Assembly: GCA_040220235.1 (NCBI GenBank)
Contig: JAVJTO010000157.1
Source of the DNA: Coleofasciculus sp. B1-GNL1-01
GTDB taxonomy: Bacteria > Cyanobacteriota > Cyanobacteriia > Cyanobacteriales > Coleofasciculaceae
Direction: 5' to 3' (one strand)
DNA length: 64,000 nt
Below the pieces are notes generated by a model. It made no database searches and was not told where the DNA came from. It saw nothing but the letters and a program-made list of their open reading frames with translations. This document shows, in pieces, positions 59,910 through 64,000 of the stretch (its first letter is position 1; each line of letters opens with the position of its first letter). A program made the position numbers and the translations under genes.

Positions 59910-60111
59910 TAAGGGCTGTTGAATAAGTGTTGTGGTGAGGGAGAGTGGGGGAAGCTGGGGAAGCTGGGGGAGCAAGGGTACATTTTTCCTGAGCAAGGTG
60001 ATGCCATTCTTATGAAGAATACTACCCGATTTCCTTGAATCAAACCCTCTGTCAATAAAGCTCAAAGTATTGATGGGCTTTGCGGTTTTGGCTTTGTGCA
60101 GCAGAACCTAC
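59910..60111. mobile_element. MITE-like element with short 9-mer array
   Basis: Shares blocks GGTACATTTT, TTCCTTGAA, CTCAAAG and GGCTTT.TGCAGC with 62411-62708; left end matches 63528. Confidence 0.65.
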
Positions 60112-60780
60112 TTAGTCGCTTTTTGTTCCAGTAACTGGATGCTGTCCATAAAATGGTAACGTATCGAACCAGTGAGGACGCTTTCCTTGCTGCCAATCTA
60201 AATAAGCCAAGTTTAATACACTGGTGACACAGGTTCCTAAATTAACGGATACCTCAATGAGTTGATAGGGGAGGTTTTGATTGTCTAGGACGTGTTGCCA
60301 GATATCGGGTGTCATCACGGCATCGGGTACAAGCGGCGTCAAGCTGGAACCGTCTGAAGATCGCTGATAGATTGCCGTATATAACTGTCCCCGTCGAGCA
60401 GGCATTTGTAGCGCGATCGCTCTTTTGTGTGAGGTTTCTAGCTGTTCTTTCCCTGGAAGCATGACCGACCAAGCCACAGCTGCCAGGGTGGAAATGGCAA
60501 ATAACGGAATATCCAGTTGCTGTGCCAACGTCCGGGCTGTTACCACACCAATACGAGTGCCTGTAAAACTGCCGGGACCTTTGGCGACGGCAATAAATGC
60601 CAAATCTGACCAAGCGTTTGGCAGTAAAAACTCACTCAAGTGCTGATGTAAGTGAGTTGATAAATCTCGTCCCAAATCCCAGGTAGCCGCACGATGATCA
60701 CTCTGAAAATTACGAATGGCTAATCCGAGTTGGGGACTGGTGGTATGTAGGGCTAAACCGTATCGGTTGTCATTGGTCAT
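60112..60780 (-). CDS. tsaB: tRNA threonylcarbamoyladenosine biosynthesis protein TsaB
   Basis: LALHTT, GPGSFTGTRIG, PARRG, LPFYGQHPV. Confidence 0.93.
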   Translation of the reverse strand: MTNDNRYGLALHTTSPQLGLAIRNFQSDHRAATWDLGRDLSTHLHQHLSEFLLPNAWSDLAFIAVAKGPGSFTGTRIGVVTARTLAQQLDIPLFAISTLAAVAWSVMLPGKEQLETSHKRAIALQMPARRGQLYTAIYQRSSDGSSLTPLVPDAVMTPDIWQHVLDNQNLPYQLIEVSVNLGTCVTSVLNLAYLDWQQGKRPHWFDTLPFYGQHPVTGTKSD

Positions 60781-60783
60781 TTG

Positions 60784-62343
60784 TCATTCGTTATCATTAT
60801 CTTCCTCAATGGTTTCGGGTTTCTTGGGTAGGGGAGCTTCTGGGGGAGCAGGCGCTTTTTTCATGTTTTCTAGGGGTTCACTAACAGATTCAGACGGGGG
60901 TTCACTGACCGATTCAGAAGACTCAGCCGATTGGGGAACCTTTTGAGAAGGGGCTGGCGGTTCTGGCGGTTGAGATTGATTTGGGGATGCTGGGGATGAA
61001 TTAGGTGAAGGTTTAGGGGTTGAAGTTGGCGATTTTTTCTCAGAGGAGGGTGATTCTGTAGGAGTGGATGAAGGGTCTTCAGAAGTTGGTGAGGGAGAGG
61101 GTTCAACTGAATCACTCGATTTTTTGGGGAATCTCGGAAAAGAGCGGCGAGAGGGTTTCTGTTCCTGCTCTGAGGAAGGGGCATTTTTGTCCTGGCTGGA
61201 TTCAGTCGTTTCCTGGAGCGTATCCTCACTATCATTAAGTTCGGTATCAGGATTTAGGGGTTCCTCTGGGGATGAGGGTTCAGCCGCTGGTGGGGTTGAC
61301 AGATTTTGAGACTGATACCAAATCGTTCCCAATCCGACTAAACCTGTAGCAATAACAGCGCTCATTCCTAGTAAAACGGGAGAAACACCTAAGCGTCGAT
61401 GCCAAGGCGTATATTGAGTAGGTTGGGACTCTCGCTGACGGGAACTGGCTTCCTGTGGCGGTGTTAAAGCAATTGTGACACCATTGGTGGTCGATACAGG
61501 ATGGGAGAGGAATTCCTGGTTGGGTTCAAAGGATACATCCGGCAACAGAGATAGCCATTCGGCTACCGATGAAGGGCGATAACGCGCCTCAATTGCCATC
61601 CCGCGCATGACCGCTTGATTTACGGCAGCACTGAGTTGGGGTTGGAGATCACGGGGAGCGGGCATGGGTTGGCGCTCCCGGATAACGGCGGGTGTGGGGA
61701 TTTGGGCAGTTAAAAGGGTATAGAGAGTGGCGGCTAAACCGTAAACATCGGAGGCTGGGGTGCGTTTTTCTTTGATTAAATACTGTTCTAAAGGAGCATA
61801 GCCCTCAGACAGCATGTTAGTGTGGGTTTGAGTTGTATTCAGGCTAAATTCTCGTGCAATGCCAAAGTCGATGAGGACAACTTGATGTGTTCCTTCTCGT
61901 CGGAGGATATTGGCTGGCTTAATATCGCGGTGGAGTAAACCTTTTTGATGGACTACGGTTAAAGCGTCCCCAATTTGGCAGATGTAATGAATGGCGGCGG
62001 CTTCACTGAGGGGTTTGCCGGGAAGTAAAATCTCTTGTAAGGTCTGACCCTCTACATAGTCCATTACCATGTAGGGCCACCCTGCTTCCACAAAGAAGTC
62101 ACTGACTCGGACAATATTGGGGTGGGTACACAAGGCGAGCCGTCGTGCTTCATCCTGGAATAGGCGCTGAAACCGAGAGCAGTCCGGGTTACGATGCATG
62201 GACTCGTCTAGGGTTTTAATCACCACCACCTGACCTAAATAGTGATGGGTAGCTTTATAGGTGATGCCAAAGCCCCCTCGTCCTAATTCTTGCTCTAGAG
62301 TGTATTTGCCACCCTGTAGGGTTTTACCAACTAACGAGTTCAT
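60784..62343 (-). CDS. Hanks-type Ser/Thr protein kinase with TM helix and Pro/Ser-rich tail
   Basis: [31 protein letters not shown]. Confidence 0.96.
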   Translation of the reverse strand: MNSLVGKTLQGGKYTLEQELGRGGFGITYKATHHYLGQVVVIKTLDESMHRNPDCSRFQRLFQDEARRLALCTHPNIVRVSDFFVEAGWPYMVMDYVEGQTLQEILLPGKPLSEAAAIHYICQIGDALTVVHQKGLLHRDIKPANILRREGTHQVVLIDFGIAREFSLNTTQTHTNMLSEGYAPLEQYLIKEKRTPASDVYGLAATLYTLLTAQIPTPAVIRERQPMPAPRDLQPQLSAAVNQAVMRGMAIEARYRPSSVAEWLSLLPDVSFEPNQEFLSHPVSTTNGVTIALTPPQEASSRQRESQPTQYTPWHRRLGVSPVLLGMSAVIATGLVGLGTIWYQSQNLSTPPAAEPSSPEEPLNPDTELNDSEDTLQETTESSQDKNAPSSEQEQKPSRRSFPRFPKKSSDSVEPSPSPTSEDPSSTPTESPSSEKKSPTSTPKPSPNSSPASPNQSQPPEPPAPSQKVPQSAESSESVSEPPSESVSEPLENMKKAPAPPEAPLPKKPETIEEDNDNE

Positions 62344-62441
62344 ACACTGACCTTAGGGTTGAGAAAAAATTGTCAGTTCAGAATTCACTTTAACTCAGAA
62401 TTTCTGGATTTAGGGATAAGGTGTTAGGGAATGCGAACGAT

Positions 62442-62576
62442 GGGGAAGCAGGGGGAGCAGAGGGAGCAGGGGGAGCAGAGGGAGCTGGGGGAGCAGAGGG
62501 AGCAGGGGAAGCAGGGGGAGCAGAGGGAGCAGGGGGAGCAAGGGAAGCAGGGGGAGCAGGGGGAGCAGGGGGAGCA
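62442..62576. repeat. 15 tandem 9-mers (G/A)(G/A)GG(G/A)AGC(A/T)
   Basis: GGGGGAGCA, GAGGGAGCA and GGGGAAGCA units inside a MITE-like element. Confidence 0.92.
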
Positions 62577-62836
62577 ATGGTACATTTTCCCTGATAGTGG
62601 TGCAAGGAGATGAAAGGGTTTGACCTTTTTTCCTTGAACAAGAGCAACTATCAATGCCACTCAAAGCCTTGATAGTTAATGGTTTCGGCTTTATGCAGCC
62701 AACCATACATATAGAAGACTGTGCGTAAATCCTGTCCCTATCTCCATCATGAAACTAGCACTTCAGATCAAGCACTTCGGATCAAGCCATTGTCAATGAG
62801 AAGTTTTAACATATCCCCCCTGAGAACGCGACACCA

Positions 62837-63526
62837 GTGAAGCAACAGAGTTTACGACAATGGTTTCGATGGCTGACTCGGTGGATTCGCCGCATCTTTC
62901 AGAAACCAGAAACGTTCCAACCAACGTTTTTGGTTCTTGAGCGCACCTATTCGGCTGATGAATCCATCGTGCTTTTGTCCGTCGAACGAGACGCGCCGGG
63001 TGCTGTAGGAACCTGGTATCTACTGAATCAACACAATCCCCGTCACAATCTATTGATTACCCTTGACAACTTGGCGGCGATTCGATTGGCTTTGGATGCT
63101 AACTCATTTTCCGATAGGGATACGTCTATCTTGGAGCTATCGTTAGCCCAGGAAGACCAGATTTTTCGGACTCATCGGTTTAGCGTGCAGTGGATTATTA
63201 AATTGAAGAGTTCGCGCAAGGTTTTTCATTTGATTGGAACCTGGGATCTCGACCTACAAGGTGATACCTGGGACCCTAATACCAGTGCATTTACCATTGG
63301 TCGTTTAGTGGTGCGAGAGGCGTTGAACTTACCGCCGCTTCCGGGAGTGTCGTGGCGTTTCCGGATGACTGAGTTTCCCTGGATTGAGAGCTTGCAGAGC
63401 TATAGCAAGATGGTATTGGGGGATAACCATAATTGTTATACCAAGAAGCTGAATCTGAAAGAACTCAAGGAACTTAGAGATGAAATTGAGCGGGGGCGAG
63501 GTTATAGAAAACGTCATAAATCATGA
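62837..63526 (+). CDS. hypothetical protein
   Basis: 229-codon ORF with globular composition; no recognised motif. Confidence 0.65.
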   Translation: MKQQSLRQWFRWLTRWIRRIFQKPETFQPTFLVLERTYSADESIVLLSVERDAPGAVGTWYLLNQHNPRHNLLITLDNLAAIRLALDANSFSDRDTSILELSLAQEDQIFRTHRFSVQWIIKLKSSRKVFHLIGTWDLDLQGDTWDPNTSAFTIGRLVVREALNLPPLPGVSWRFRMTEFPWIESLQSYSKMVLGDNHNCYTKKLNLKELKELRDEIERGRGYRKRHKS

Positions 63527-63625
63527 ATAGGGCTTGCTGAATAAGTCTTGTGGGGAGGGAACAGGGAACGGGGAACACAGAATAGTTGTAGTGCGAGTGT
63601 GTCGGGAGCTATTTTTTAGAGTTTT

Positions 63626-63871
63626 TTAGGTATAAGTTCCGGTTAACGGAATTTCTATGATAAATTCTGTTCCTTGTCCAAGCGCAGATATGCAACTAAG
63701 TTGACCTTTGTGTTTTTCGACGATAATTTGATGACTAATTGATAATCCTAATCCTGTGCCACTTCCCACTGGCTTGGTCGTAAAAAATGGATCAAATATC
63801 TTCTGTTGCACCTCTTCACTCATACCCGTACCATTGTCGGCAATCCCAATAATAAGGCTGGCTCTTTCAGA
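63626..63871 (-). pseudogene. orphan HATPase_c fragment of a histidine kinase
   Basis: [32 protein letters not shown]; in-frame TAG at 63872-63874 upstream, so no N box or HisKA. Confidence 0.8.
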
Positions 63872-64000
63872 CTAACTATGATAAATTACTAGCCAAAATA
63901 CCAATTAAGCAGAACCCTTCTTCTAAAATTATCAAAATTATTTAACCCATAACCTCTTCTTTTAATTAGCTTAATTTTTTGATTAATTCCCTCCACTGTC

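Noticed and set aside
62390..62706. Four overlapping low-complexity ORFs
   Set aside because: Stop-free readings of the 9-mer array
1..64000. HIP1 (GCGATCGC) over-representation
   Set aside because: Well-known genome-wide cyanobacterial feature; used only for taxonomic placement

Overview
A cyanobacterial chromosome segment, shown by very frequent HIP1 GCGATCGC sites, STRR2 heptamers, the divergent apcF/glnA pair and the fraCDE septal-junction operon. It is probably from a filamentous taxon; a Coleofasciculus/Microcoleus-like origin is an unverified inference. About 50 mostly housekeeping, signalling and transport genes are present, separated by a dense set of REP-like palindromes and MITEs. 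No rRNA, tRNA, CRISPR array or intact transposase was recognised. The main leads are: (1) a translationally coupled three-gene module at 40913-46121 (TPR-CHAT caspase-like protease, 115-aa small protein, CorA-like 2-TM protein) lying between a truncated PIN toxin and a Uma2 nuclease, a candidate protease-activated membrane-effector defence or cell-death system; (2) a roughly 520-nt unannotated, densely structured, G.U-rich plus-strand RNA candidate at 14680-15200, bracketed by an imperfect direct repeat; (3) a roughly 370-nt structured glnA leader downstream of a canonical NtcA promoter; (4) a TnpB/IS605 right-end remnant that supplies a stop codon; (5) STRR2 heptamers forming overlapping start/stop chains at gene starts. 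All family assignments come from motif recognition by eye, without database searches.
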